NCBI GenBank assembly: GCA_030704615.1
Contig: CM060731.1
Location: 66,154,001-66,218,000 of the forward strand
Length of the DNA: 64,000 nt
Direction: 5' to 3'
From: Takakia lepidozioides
Taxonomy: Eukaryota; Plantae; Bryophyta
The notes beneath the pieces were generated by a model. That model was given only the letters and a program-made list of their open reading frames with translations, was not told the DNA's origin and made no database searches. Below, one piece after another: positions 37,401 to 47,789 of the stretch (position 1 is its first letter; the number at the start of each line of letters is the position of its first letter). The position numbers were made by a program, and so were the translations under genes.

Positions 37401-37616
37401 CTGATCCTTGCATTTCTTCTCTAGATACTGCAGCATACTCAAGTCTTTTTCACGCAATCTTTCCACGATCATACTTGCAGGTGTGCCCAAATCCCACTTT
37501 ACATTTAGTCTACTGCTGAGCAATTCTTCCTCGAGACGTCCAGCCATCTCCACCAAAGTCCCCACTTGATTCCGCACCTTCTTCACTTCAGCTAAGTACT
37601 CGGATTCCACAGCCAT
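34407..37616 (-). CDS. intronless ankyrin-repeat + tandem CCCH zinc finger + RRM RNA-binding protein, ~1069 aa
   Basis: Single ORF, first ATG at 37616. About 4 ankyrin repeats (EGNTALHWA, LGATPVHTAA, TKETPLHYAV), two C-x8-C-x5-C-x3-H fingers (YKTVMC…FAH, FKTKLC…FAH), an RRM (RNP2 VFVGGL, RNP1 RGFGFVVF), and Ser/Pro-rich linkers and tail. Confidence 0.92.
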   Translation of the reverse strand: MAVESEYLAEVKKVRNQVGTLVEMAGRLEEELLSSRLNVKWDLGTPASMIVERLREKDLSMLQYLEKKCKDQLVPIAFRLARGLKMAPFVALLLVARSSVVNSFEKKADAVVNAVAKKIDTVVDAAVKKVELPRVSLVIRKVDAPDDFIGGTLVDLLLGMALAHSTSCCSSKPAEKPAKNNSYVREYGGDVWAGFGLYRKSSADADEDFGLDTKHSGSLDEWAGSTSYTEHLKDFSKWDESFSGLKSMEDSAELEEVTSKSRKPILLDDYGGARGNGVGSNCEIARKLLECLLLFGPRLCAHTQSLYLPPLLRAAQGNDETLVFLLLDAGAPVNDRDAEGNTALHWALRQATPMNKRTVNARVVTRLLDAGANVLTGNKLGATPVHTAAGHGHFEALSLILDKDAGGVNVMAATKETPLHYAVKNNHLRCTALLLKHGANRNVASLRNQKPLQLSPSLEMRALLMLDNKTIREQSWETLLASLALASPQSASVFCLAPLQPESKSQFSSLSEASSPGFMHPSSHFPSHPSTQPWLTSSTTISSQLGPSLLLQSPSLSPPLPSLSGSSQDGNPFEWLAVQTQFISGQEMGQVGGRKETVNLPQYKTVMCRFFASSEGCGFGNKCHFAHSRDELLSADRIDSLEMRTGADQGDGEGADQARRNFKTKLCTHLEKTGRCPHGSRCTFAHGLGELRGSFSASSSIRPEVKSDVGPFGSNSFVSTGSSDNSNDNIRARKVFVGGLPHFIQGDELWEFFDHEFGKVVDAVVICGTDADGKSCSRGFGFVVFEDPKYAEIAVRRRYLAFWGKKVEVKQATAHIDYNDEPSKLNSSRPSSVSCPVSSASSSSALGLPKEELQVLASHSMGVPQHAWSLPPLAVVSVGHPTENAVQPSMDGVQFLAEHTGSPQLDSFSTGQHLSETSNRLISQNSAPPLSTASGTRLSANQDHGTRFSNYRDFVPQSLDSGLLSGANPVSYFEPVIASSSVHPYHSLSLPPSITSSHPSSLTFNASSTSYSNGSSFDSLSPQPSKFSINHKSQSFFSNPVSMSSYQSYNDNQGANDEELSKLLALLQG

Positions 37617-37627
37617 GGCCGGCCCCT

Positions 37628-37663
37628 TCACTGTCTCATCAACCCTCCTCCTTCACCAACCAT
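37628..37663 (-). promoter_or_regulatory. candidate upstream ORF (11 codons) in the 5' UTR of the ANK-CCCH-RRM gene
   Basis: ATGGTTGGTGAAGGAGGAGGGTTGATGAGACAGTGA directly after a tgcag acceptor-like site; it stops 11 nt before the main ATG. Confidence 0.4.
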
Positions 37664-38469
37664 CTGCATTTGCAAATCCATGTTATTAACTTAGAGCCAG
37701 CATTTACTGTCAAGTAAAATTACCTAGTTTACAGTTTTTACTAACCTATGATAAACAACATAACTGGAAAAATTAATTGTTAACTCATATTATAACATAA
37801 GCACTCGAGACCACCCACCAAAGGGGACAGTAGTAGCCGTGAGGCGAAGTGGCTCTTAGCTAGGCCAGTTTCGGCTGGAGACTTTTCCGTAAGGACTCGA
37901 GAAGGCCCGAATTGTAATCAAATTAGAAAAAAAACATGGAAAGGAGGCCACGAAGGCGATATACAGCACAAAATGATATATCCTCTCGTCTCACAGACCC
38001 TATCTACCTCTACCTCGTGCTGAGGGAAAAAATTGGTCACCGCCCACCTGGGGAAAGCTTTGAAAAACTGTGAGCGATTTCACTGTGAAAAGGAGAGCAA
38101 GCAATGAAGAAGAGCAAGGAAGGAAAGGAGGTAAAGAGTAGTGCAAAGAGTTCCAGCACCGAGTGTTATATAAGAGGAACCATAATAGAGAAGGCAGGAA
38201 CAGCAAAAAGTCTTGGACAGTCCAAATGGCAGCGAGGTTTTTTATTTTAGAAAAAGGAAGGATTTTCTTATCACATCTGAATTTATATGGGCCTTGACTT
38301 TGGAGTCCCTGTTCTTGCGATGTTGCCAGTTGTTTTTGTATAATATTAAACAGTGTTCAGGGAAAAGGTATTTATTTATTTCAAATTATGTACATGAATT
38401 AAGTTATTCTTATTAAGTGTATTTTAAATCATATTATGAAGGGAACTAATCTTGCCCGTTAATTATATT

Positions 38470-38914
38470 GAGAGGAGACAAGCAAGCAGTGGTAATGGGC
38501 ACATATGGTAAAGCGACCTATATTGCTCCCTTTTAGCATCCAGCTGTCCATCTTCTTGGCCTCGTGAAATTTCAACTTTTTCTTACATGAGTTTTTGTTT
38601 TTTATCTTTTTCTTACAGTTAACCCAACTCTCTGGAATCTTTTTTCTGGGTTTTAGCCTTGGTGACATGCGCTTTTTTTTGGATTCTTGCTGCTCTAATC
38701 ACTTCTTCATAGCTCCTTTCTTAGAGCTGCTAGTAGTTCAGGTTTTCTTTGTTCAGGTCTATGGATCTGGGCTCCGGCCCTTGATAACGGTTTCGTGAGC
38801 TTTCTCTCGCTGCTTGCAGTGTGGTAGACTTATGGTTTGCCCGGAGGTTTTAATTTTTTTCCTCCTAATGATCCCAAATAAGGCATCGCTCCCCTTTCAA
38901 TTTCAAAAAAAAAA
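38470..38914 (+). mobile_element. LINE 3'-tail remnant with poly(A)
   Basis: cttatgg…ggaggttttaattttttcctcct motif shared with the LINE tail at 14553-14595, followed by an A-run at 38905-38914. Confidence 0.5.
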
Positions 38915-39199
38915 CCCCATAAATATTTTCCATTCATTGAAATGGATGAATTTGAGAATAATCCATCATATTTTCATCCAGTCGGTCCAGGGTCTCTGGT
39001 AATATTGCACACCTGATTATTCCAACATAGTCCTAGCAGGATGACATGCGACCTGCAAACCAGTGAAGGTGTTTCCCTTTTGGGAAAAAAAAACAAAAAA
39101 AAACAAAACTGCGCAATATTGCTGCCCCTAAAACATTTCTACATCGCCAGAACTGTAATACTTCTCTTTACAAAGAAATGCAAGGAGAAATTAACCTAT

Positions 39200-42100
39200 T
39201 TGACAGAGAAGAGGGGGGTGTGGGGTGAGGGGAGTGACCGTCTGTTGCATGCTACAGGTGCAGTCTGCTCCTCTCCTCAAAATCTGAAGCCATGAGTGCT
39301 AGGGGTACAGCCAGCAAGCGAGGAAACAAGGGGGGATCATCGATTCGCCCAGGATCTGCACTTGCGATGAACAAGGGGAAGTCAAAATGGATCACTAAGA
39401 ACTACTCTACCTCCAATGGTATGGGCGATTCAATCTTGGGCAAAGGCCCAACCCCACCAATCATTGACCACTCTTCCACGGAAGATGAGGGGGTATGGGA
39501 GGACTCCATTCCACAAGATACCAATGAGCAGCCAGTGTTAGCACTTGACAAGGAAAAGCTCAAGGTGCGAGCAGAAAAACTCACTCAGAGAAGAATTATC
39601 CTCTACTTCCCTGGGAAGCTTAGAGCTAGGAAGTGGGATCCGCACGTGGATCGTGAAACACATTGGAGCGGAGGGAGGACTCGACCAGCACTTCTGCCTT
39701 TCCATGTGCAAAGGTTTCTACCTGGTTCTATTCTGCAACTCAACTGAAGCAGAATCGGCTCTCAAGTTCAACACACAAATGTCAGCAACAAAGGTTTTCA
39801 TTTTCCCCTGGACCCATGACTGGGGTCACAAACAGGGAGTGATCTGGAAACCGAGGGTTATTGCAATCCCTTTCCTGCCTGCCATATATCTCTCTTCTCT
39901 CCCTGAAATAGGGGCCAGCTTTGACACTTTCATTAGCTCTCTGAACGTGTTCGAGCCTATCCAAGATACCATCAAAAGCTTGGACACAGAAGCTGCTTGC
40001 ATTGACTTTACCCGAGACAATGGCGTGCCCAAGTTGGTTGTTCTGATGCCGGAAACTAAGCCAATAGGCTCGTCCATCAAGTTGCCAACGTTAGATGATT
40101 CATACATCGTGGTAGCTATCCGCGAGGAGCTCATCTCCACGATTTGCAGGCTTTGGTTGCAACGGTGAAGGTCATGTGCGATCCAACTGTCCTAAAATCA
40201 ACAGACACAACGCCTCCGACAACGCCAAGCACCCCTTTCCACAGACAGAAGTAGCTGGCTCCTCATACAAGATAGCTGCTCAAGCCATTCACGCTCCAGT
40301 AACCATGGAATTAGACGTGGAGGTCCCTCATCAGGGTCAGACTTCTAAAAAAAAGAAGAGAAACGGAGAGAAGCCCCGGGTCATGGATACACCCAAACCG
40401 CCCATATGATCTACATCCTGTCAGAGTGAAGGACGCTTGGGCATCTTTTCCTTTCTCTGAGGAGGAGCTGCAATTTTTGGATAGCACAAGTCTAGCAACT
40501 GCTTTCCTGGAATTGCACACTTTCACCAGAAAGCCTCTCAATGGATGGGCCCCCGGATCAACATATACGCGAGATAGGGCAGCTATTTGTGTAACTCATT
40601 TGGTTTACACCCAATCTGACGATTACACAAATTTTTGCTTGCCAGAGGACGGGGAGGGTTTCCGCTCTGCATGGGTTTCGGAGCCCCTGGCCAAGGATTT
40701 GGGGGTCGGAAGTGTGAAGGATATCACTCTCTTCCTAACCAGCCAGATCCTCAGGGAGTTCTTCCCCCATATATCTCTATCTCCATCTCACATTCATGAC
40801 ATAGGTATCATGGTAGAGAACAATGTTGCCCTTGTCAATTTGGCGGTTATACATGTGCTCCCAATCTTCCATGCTTCCGACTTGGGGCAAGCCTCGGACA
40901 AGCCTATCAATGGGGTATGGGTGGACAAATTTGGCTTGTCTTGTAGGGTCAACGACCCTAATACCTGGGCACGCAACTCCCTATTCATGGAAGAAGGTAT
41001 TCGAATGGTAGCAGAACTGGCAAGTTTGCAGAAGCTCCAAGGCTTGGCAATGCAGGCAATGCAGGAAGGCAGGAGTGTGGAGCCCATCAACAACAAGGAG
41101 TTGGTGATATACAACAACACAAACATGGTGCTCTCCTCCAATGGGGCACACAAGGACATCACCGAGGCGATGCAACCGGAGGAGACTGTAAACTCGCCAC
41201 CTGCGGTAAGCATGTTTCCTCATGCTTACGCTCCTCTTGTTTTCTTTGTTCCAGACAATACCAATCTAAAAAGAGGCTGGATGCTGGTCATGGAACACCA
41301 ACTCAGGGAAAACAAGGTCCTGCCAGGATGGAATGATGTCTCTTTTTCTCTTCTTTCTGATACCTCTGTTGGCCTTCTCTCCTCAATTCTATCCTGGAAT
41401 CTTACCTTGGCAGATCTGTCAATGTTCAAAGACACCAAGAACCAATTCATGGAATTACATTGCGTTAACAAAAATAAGAGGTCTAGGCAACTGTATTTGT
41501 GGAACATCCCGCTTACCCCCCCCCCCGGTTGGTTTTAAATGGATCTACTCGCTTCAGCCCCTTGATAAAGGGGACTCTCTCTGTCTAGCAGTCGGTCTAT
41601 TGGATGTTTCCCACCCGGTAGAAGGTGAGCTAAGATTCACATGGGCTAACAATAGAGAGCCTCCCAACCTCTCTCTTGCTCGGCTTGATAGGTTTTACTG
41701 CTCTGCTCATCTGTTGAATTGGTTTGTGAGAAAAGCTATTAATCCAATTCCTCCAGGGTTTGACCACTCTAATATCCAGCTAGATCTCCACACCCTGGGT
41801 CCAGAGTCAAGGCTAGGGGTTTTTTCAAACTAAACCCCACACTACTTAAAGACCCAGAGATTATTCTCTCGCTCCAAAGGGTTTGGTCCTCTGCTGACCT
41901 CCCCTTCTCCTCCCCTACCCTCCTTTTTCTCTCTAAGCTTCGGATTTTGAGAGGCACCTGTCCCGTAAGAAAGCTGAGGAATCTGCCAGAAGAGAGAAAG
42001 CCCTGACTAAATGTCTTCTTGTTTGCCAATCTCAACTGCAAGAGGGAAGGGATGACCCCCAAACCCTCATCTCTTACAGAACTACAAAGAGAAACCTCTC

Positions 42101-44154
42101 AATGTTGTTAAACTCAAGGGAGCAGTTCATTAGGATAAAGACTGGCGTCAACTGGTCACTAAAGGGAGAAAAAATGACAAAATACTTCTTTGCTAAAGCA
42201 GCCCAACGCCGTGCTTCTACTCTGATCCCCTCCCTACGTGATGCATCAGGTACTTCAACTGCTGTCCCGAAAAAGATGTCCAGCATTGTTGCTGACTTTT
42301 TCAAACAACTCTTCCAAAAGAGAGACCATACTCCCTTGGTGGAAGAGGCAAGAAATGCTCTCCTCAGAAACATTCCATGCTCTCTCTTTGCTGCTGACAA
42401 GATAAGGATGGCAGAACCTTTCACTATGGAAGAGCTTGGAAAGGCGACGGACGCCCTGGCATCCTTCAAAAGTCCAGGTCTAGATGGGCTGCCTGTTGAA
42501 TTGTTTAAAGTTTTGTGGCAAACCATAGGGGATGACTTTCTTGCCATGGCCAATGACATCCTCCTCAAACAAGCGATGCCCTCGCAGATTTCAGAGGGCC
42601 TTGTCACATTGATTTACAAGAAAGGAGAAAGGGAAAATGTGGCTAACTACCACCCCATAACCTTACTCAATTCTTCTTACAAAATCATTGCTAAGGCTTT
42701 AGCTTTGAGGATTCAACCTTTGCTCCCGAAAATTATCAGAAAGAAGCAAATTGGATTCCTCAAAGACCGTATGATATTGGACAACATTCTTTTGGCCCAT
42801 GAGGCATTGCACAGAGCCACCTTGAACAACCAACCACTTGCTTTCCTGATGCTTGACTTCGTGACAACATCGACCGTGCTCTTCAAGCCTTGCAAGTTTT
42901 TTGCCTAGGCTCGGGCTTGAAAATCAACTGGAGGAAGTCCATGTTTCTCCTCTCAGTTTTGAATAGTCAAGCTGCGACTCACTGTAATCCATGGGGGCAA
43001 GATATTGGGCTGCAATGGCTAGGGGCTGGGGAGTCACACACTCTGTTGGGCCACCAGATTGGACTTGACTTGTCCCAACAAAGCAGAATGCGAAAAGTGA
43101 TCTCTGGGCTGAAAAGATCTTTGGCACATTGGTGCTCCTCCATGCTATCCATTGCTGGAAGAGCACTGGTGGCAAACCAGGGTGCTTCTCGCATCTTGCT
43201 GGTTCTCTGCAGCTATATGGGATCCAGGAAAAATCATGGTAAAGGAGATTAGAGCACTCATTCGAAATTTCATATGGGGTGCATCCTCGCACTCCCAAGT
43301 TAGAAGGGCTCTGATTTCCTGGGAGCAGCTCTGTCAACCGAAAAAAAAAAAGGAGGACTAGGCCTTTTGGACCCAGCGACGCAAATAAAGGCCCTACTAG
43401 CCAAGTGGATTCCTAGAGCTATCAATCACCAACATAGCCCCTGGAGTAAGCTAAGCCAGCCATATTTAATGGGGGCAATACCCTCTTCTTCCCCCCTTTG
43501 GGCTCACTCCCTGCGTTGGATTGTGCAAGGGAAAAATGCTAATGTGCAGCTCGGATCCCGTCCTTGGCAATCAATCTGGGCAGCTTGGCAGTCCATAAAA
43601 GACAAGCTGATCCAAAGACCTCCGATAAGCTTCGCAGAAACATTCAGACAGCCCCTGTTTTGGAATTCCATCATGAACTCAGGGGTGTTGTCACTTCCCA
43701 AGTGGGGCTTCTGGGAATTTGCTGGTTTCACACATGTGGGGGCTGCTTGGGAGCAGAATGAGTTTTTGCCCGTAGCTACAACGACACAATTGGTGGGTAC
43801 TTGACGTGCCAGAGCTTGGCCATCCTTGTTGCAGGCTCTTCCGGACTACATGTCCCCTCTGCTCAGAACTAGAGAAGACTTGGGGTATCTGCCAGCCTGG
43901 ATGGCTTCATCAAACGGCAATGGTAATACAGCCCTGCTTGTGCTCTCCTTGCAGGACCACATTGCCTCGGGAATTGCGTTCTTGGCAGATTGTGAAGGAA
44001 GCTTGAGAATCACGGGCTCGCTGGATATTCACAAGCAACACCTATATCCCATTAGATTGTTGGATGGAAAAGGCAACCCCAACCCAAGCCCCCCGGCAGG
44101 ACAGGAAATGCAATGGGCCTTGCATTCGGACCTCACCTGGTTCCTGAACTACCC
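39200..44154 (+). mobile_element. degenerate L1/Tx1-like LINE retrotransposon
   Basis: ORF1 pieces (39292-40168, GFYLVLF…IFPW RRM-like; decayed CCHC knuckle IC…GHVRSNC), a 370-aa unknown ORF (40426-41538), APE C-terminus (FTWANNR…ARLDRFY…DH), and RT N-half (GEKMTKYFF, KSPGLDGLPVE, NYHPITLLNSSYKIIAK, LDF) joined directly to SGLKINWRKS, so the RT core is deleted. Ends at an LTR insertion. Confidence 0.92.
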
Positions 44155-44684
44155 TGTCGCGCACCTCACTTCGGTAAGCTCCCCTTCAAGTCATAGTTAC
44201 TCGCTTTGATGCGCGCGCCTGACTCCCAACCTGGCCGCCGGGCCAGCTCGGAGCTTCGGCTGCTCACCGGGACATAACGGTCCCCCTTCGCTCTCCCGAA
44301 AGACCCTCCACCTATTTGGGCCTAGTGGAATTTTCTATGGTAAATGGCAGTCCGGAACAGCTCCCCACTCTTTGGTCGCTTTCCGGCTCGCTCGCTTACT
44401 CACTAGTTTTTGGTCACCAACAGGCTTGCACCGTTCTTGGGGTTACTACTCCCTTATATATACTTCTGTAGCTGTCCGCGGGGGTTTCACAACCAGCCAT
44501 GCCATTTTATGGCGAACCACCACGAAAACCCTCGACTCCCGGTGATGAGTCACGGTGAGTCTTGGCCCACTCACCACGGCCCCTATGGACCGTGATGAGT
44601 CGCAAGACTCCCCACAACTCCCACCACGAGGTCTCCGCCCCCATGGTGAGTCCTATGCCACCCCCACTAAGTCCCGCTAAGCTA
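44155..44684 (+). mobile_element. LTR copy 3, 3'-truncated, inserted in the LINE
   Basis: Starts TGTCGCGCACCTCACTTCGG like 25781 and 28506 and breaks off after gtcccgctaagcta. Confidence 0.9.
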
Positions 44685-44787
44685 AACCTTTTTAAAATCT
44701 AATTTGATTAAAAGGGTGTCCGTCCCTTACAAAAAAGAAAAAAGAAAGAAAAGAAAAAAAAAGGAAGAGGTGAGTCTGGTGGCCTAA

Positions 44788-45188
44788 GAGCATCTCCACA
44801 GTGTCACGGTACCTGCCAAAAAACGGCAATCTAGCGTGGCGGGGTCCTTAAAAGCACAGGTTGCTCCACGGTTGCCTATGTCGGGTAGAATTGCTCGGGT
44901 AGAATTGCTCCAGCCCCCGCCTTTAAATCTGCCTCGGCATGGCACTTTTGCCAAACATATAGGACCCAGCCAACCACTCTACATTAAATTTGTGAGGTCA
45001 AAGAGATATTATGTCCTCGGTCAACACGCCAAGATGGTGATCAAGCACCGGCATGCCTAGGGGGGGGGATCTCTGCCGGGTCTGCTACGGTTGGGAGTGC
45101 CAACCAAAGAGTCCTTGTAAACAATACCGTCACCCCTGTAACCGGGGTATATAACGTTTGACAGGCCGTGCTCACCGTGGAGATGCTC
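44788..45188. mobile_element. Tourist-like (PIF/Harbinger) MITE, 401 bp
   Basis: TIRs GAGCATCTCCAC… / …GTGGAGATGCTC with extended imperfect complementarity (~30 bp); flanks TAA / TAC. Confidence 0.85.
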
Positions 45189-45871
45189 TACGACCGGCCT
45201 CTCACTATTAAAATGTAAATGGGGACGGCCACGTTAAAACCTCTTTAAAAGAAACCTTATTTCTTTTATTTAAAAAAAAAATCTCAAGGGACAAACGGAA
45301 GAGAATACCACACCAACAAGGTAGAAAAATTTGAACCCAGAATCACCTGGGTGGCACTCAGAGATCTATCTCTACTTAGTTAATTTAACGCCTATTTAAC
45401 TTATAAAAGCCTTATCCTTAAGTAGAATTAACAATCATCCAAAGAAAACTTCAGGTTCTCTCTTCTTTCTGGCTTAAGAAAAACCAAGAAAAAAAGAAGA
45501 AGAAAAAAACCAAAAATGCCTAGGGTAGAAGTACCAGTTATGACTTGACAAGTTAATGAATGTGTATAAATTTTGTATTTTTAGAGGTCATGTAATACAC
45601 ACCAGGGTTTATATAGGATAGATTTCTGTAGTTGAACGTTTAATGGAATTCTTCCTTTTTTTTAAGGTTAAAAGTCATCAGAAGTTGATAAAATCTTGAT
45701 CCTGTTTTGGTGCACCATGTTCCTATTGTGGTGCGCCTTATTCCTTGGAGCTTGGGATTATAACCATTTTAGAAGGTAATGATACCATTGGAAAGCTCTT
45801 CATCTGCCCCATCTCTTTGTAGTTAGAGCAATTTTTAATAGACCTCATCTACTCGGAATAATTTGAGTTTT

Positions 45872-46394
45872 TCATAAGTAACCATAATAGGTGCACCTGC
45901 TAAATTGCAATTTTAGTACCTTGGGTTGTAACTTAACTTGTAACCATTCTAGAAAATAAAGGGACTGCCTGCCAACGCGTCTAACGTCCAGCGAGGCCCT
46001 GGTATCAGGCTGGGCGTTATTAACATGCAAGTGGTGAACATTGATGGCACATGTCCTTTTGGAGTAGCAATTCCCAACAACCTCAAGAGTACTGTGGATC
46101 AAAAGATTGTACTCATAAGACGTTGTTTGCCGTAGCCTTGTGGCCATTGACCCCGCGCCCAGTTTGAGCGGGAACAAAAGGGACAGAACCTACCTCCGTC
46201 AGGGGCTGACGTTGGTAGTAAGACTTACCTCCATATAAAGAATTAATCCGGGTTTTCCAGATATCCTCTAGAAATCCCTTCACACAAGCATCAATCTGCT
46301 GTGTGTGATTTGCCCAAAAACTAGGCCTCAGGAGGGCCTGGGCTTTTGGCTCAGCCTCGAGACTTTCAAAGTTGGTAAACAGGGGTACAGGCAC
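45872..46394 (-). mobile_element. remnant of a second LINE family's ORF1-associated region
   Basis: GNCYSKRTCAINVHHL resembles GSTYTRDRAAICVTHL in the 40426-41538 LINE ORF; interrupted by the 130-bp element. Confidence 0.45.
46107..46236 (+). mobile_element. ~130-bp structured short interspersed element, copy 1
   Basis: Nearly identical to 48867-48998; same 5' start ttgtactcataag, (AT) tail, flanked by aaaga/aaaga. Confidence 0.75.
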
Positions 46395-47789
46395 AATTCC
46401 CTTAATAGATGTGGATCAAAAGAGAAGGAGAGGTTAGATCAGTGGTTGAGAAGGTCCTGCTGGCTGTTGAATGGCAAAGTGCATGAAGTTACCTCTCACT
46501 TTCTCCAGCGCTGATGTGGGGTAGTAGATGGGGAGCACTAATAAATCCTGCCGCATCCAGTTGGTTGGCATTGACTATTGACGATGGGCACATCGTTACA
46601 GGGAGAGGGACACCACCTGCTCGGCATGTTGACTCGCCTTGACTCCGCAGACAGATCGGATATCATCTGGGTACTAGAAGATCATCTGGAAAACAGGGTC
46701 CTGTGGAAGCTCACTCACACTGTCTGACATGTAAGGAAAAGGAATCAAACATCGCAGCTGACACTGTTGGATCAAAGGAAGGATCTGGTAGAGGGAAAGG
46801 TAGATCAAGTGTTAAGAAATCACTGTCACCTGCCTCAGGTATCACTCCATCTACACCTCAATGTGTGCTTCCTTGGGAGGAGGTGCCATCCTTTTTCTTT
46901 CAAGTCATAGGCCATCATCAGCCGAGACAAATTGTAAAAAAGCTCCAAGTGATTCCTGGTGAGTGATTAGCACACAGAGCTATCTATTCCACTAAGAGAC
47001 ATGCACAACATTTGTCACTGCAAGCACACAGGGACCCACATCATCTGCATCTTGGACAAGGTTCATACTAGATCAAAGGTACCATGAAAGCAAAACTTGG
47101 TTATCAAGGAAGAGGAACCTCCTGAGATGAATCTTTCAGCAACCATGCTACCATCACTGAAGGCAACATTTCAAATGACAGACAAAAGCCAGCTTACCTC
47201 CTGGGAATGGAACAGAACAAGAAAGTCGAACAACCAAAGAAAATGATATGTACAAAATATATGGATTGCAAAGCTGTGTTAAAGGTTTTCCAGATAGTCT
47301 TTATTTGGAAAGAATTTATGTTGGGTGATTTAATACAAATGGAACCTACCAATAGAGATTCTCTCTACAAAGCAGGTGCGCACATCCAGACCATATGCTG
47401 TGCAGTCAAAAGTTAAAAGAATGAGGCAGCTATATATTTATATCTATCCCTGCACCAGTGACTTCTCAATTAGATTCACAAATTTCCGTCCTCTCTAAAT
47501 CTCTCTTAGTATCATGCGTACAAAAGTAATCACCCTGGAAGGTAGTAACTAATAATCCTATAACATCCCCTCATGTCTTGGTTTGAGAGCCTCTCTAATC
47601 AGCTGGCTAGTAAAGTGGGGATGCCTTCACACAACAAATGGCTTCTTGTTTGTAGACGGACGAATGTGTCCCTTTCCCTAGCAAGGTATGTCTGACTAAC
47701 AATACTTTGTCTGTCTGAGTGGGATTTGGCGACAATGCAATTGGTGAGGAGGCAATGCCTCACCAGGGTGCCACAACTCTCTAGATCCC

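Noticed and set aside
46107-46236. Hammerhead ribozyme or H/ACA snoRNA identity for the 130-bp element
   Set aside because: No complete CUGANGA…GAAA core on either strand; the minus strand ends near ACA but has no clear H box. Left unassigned.
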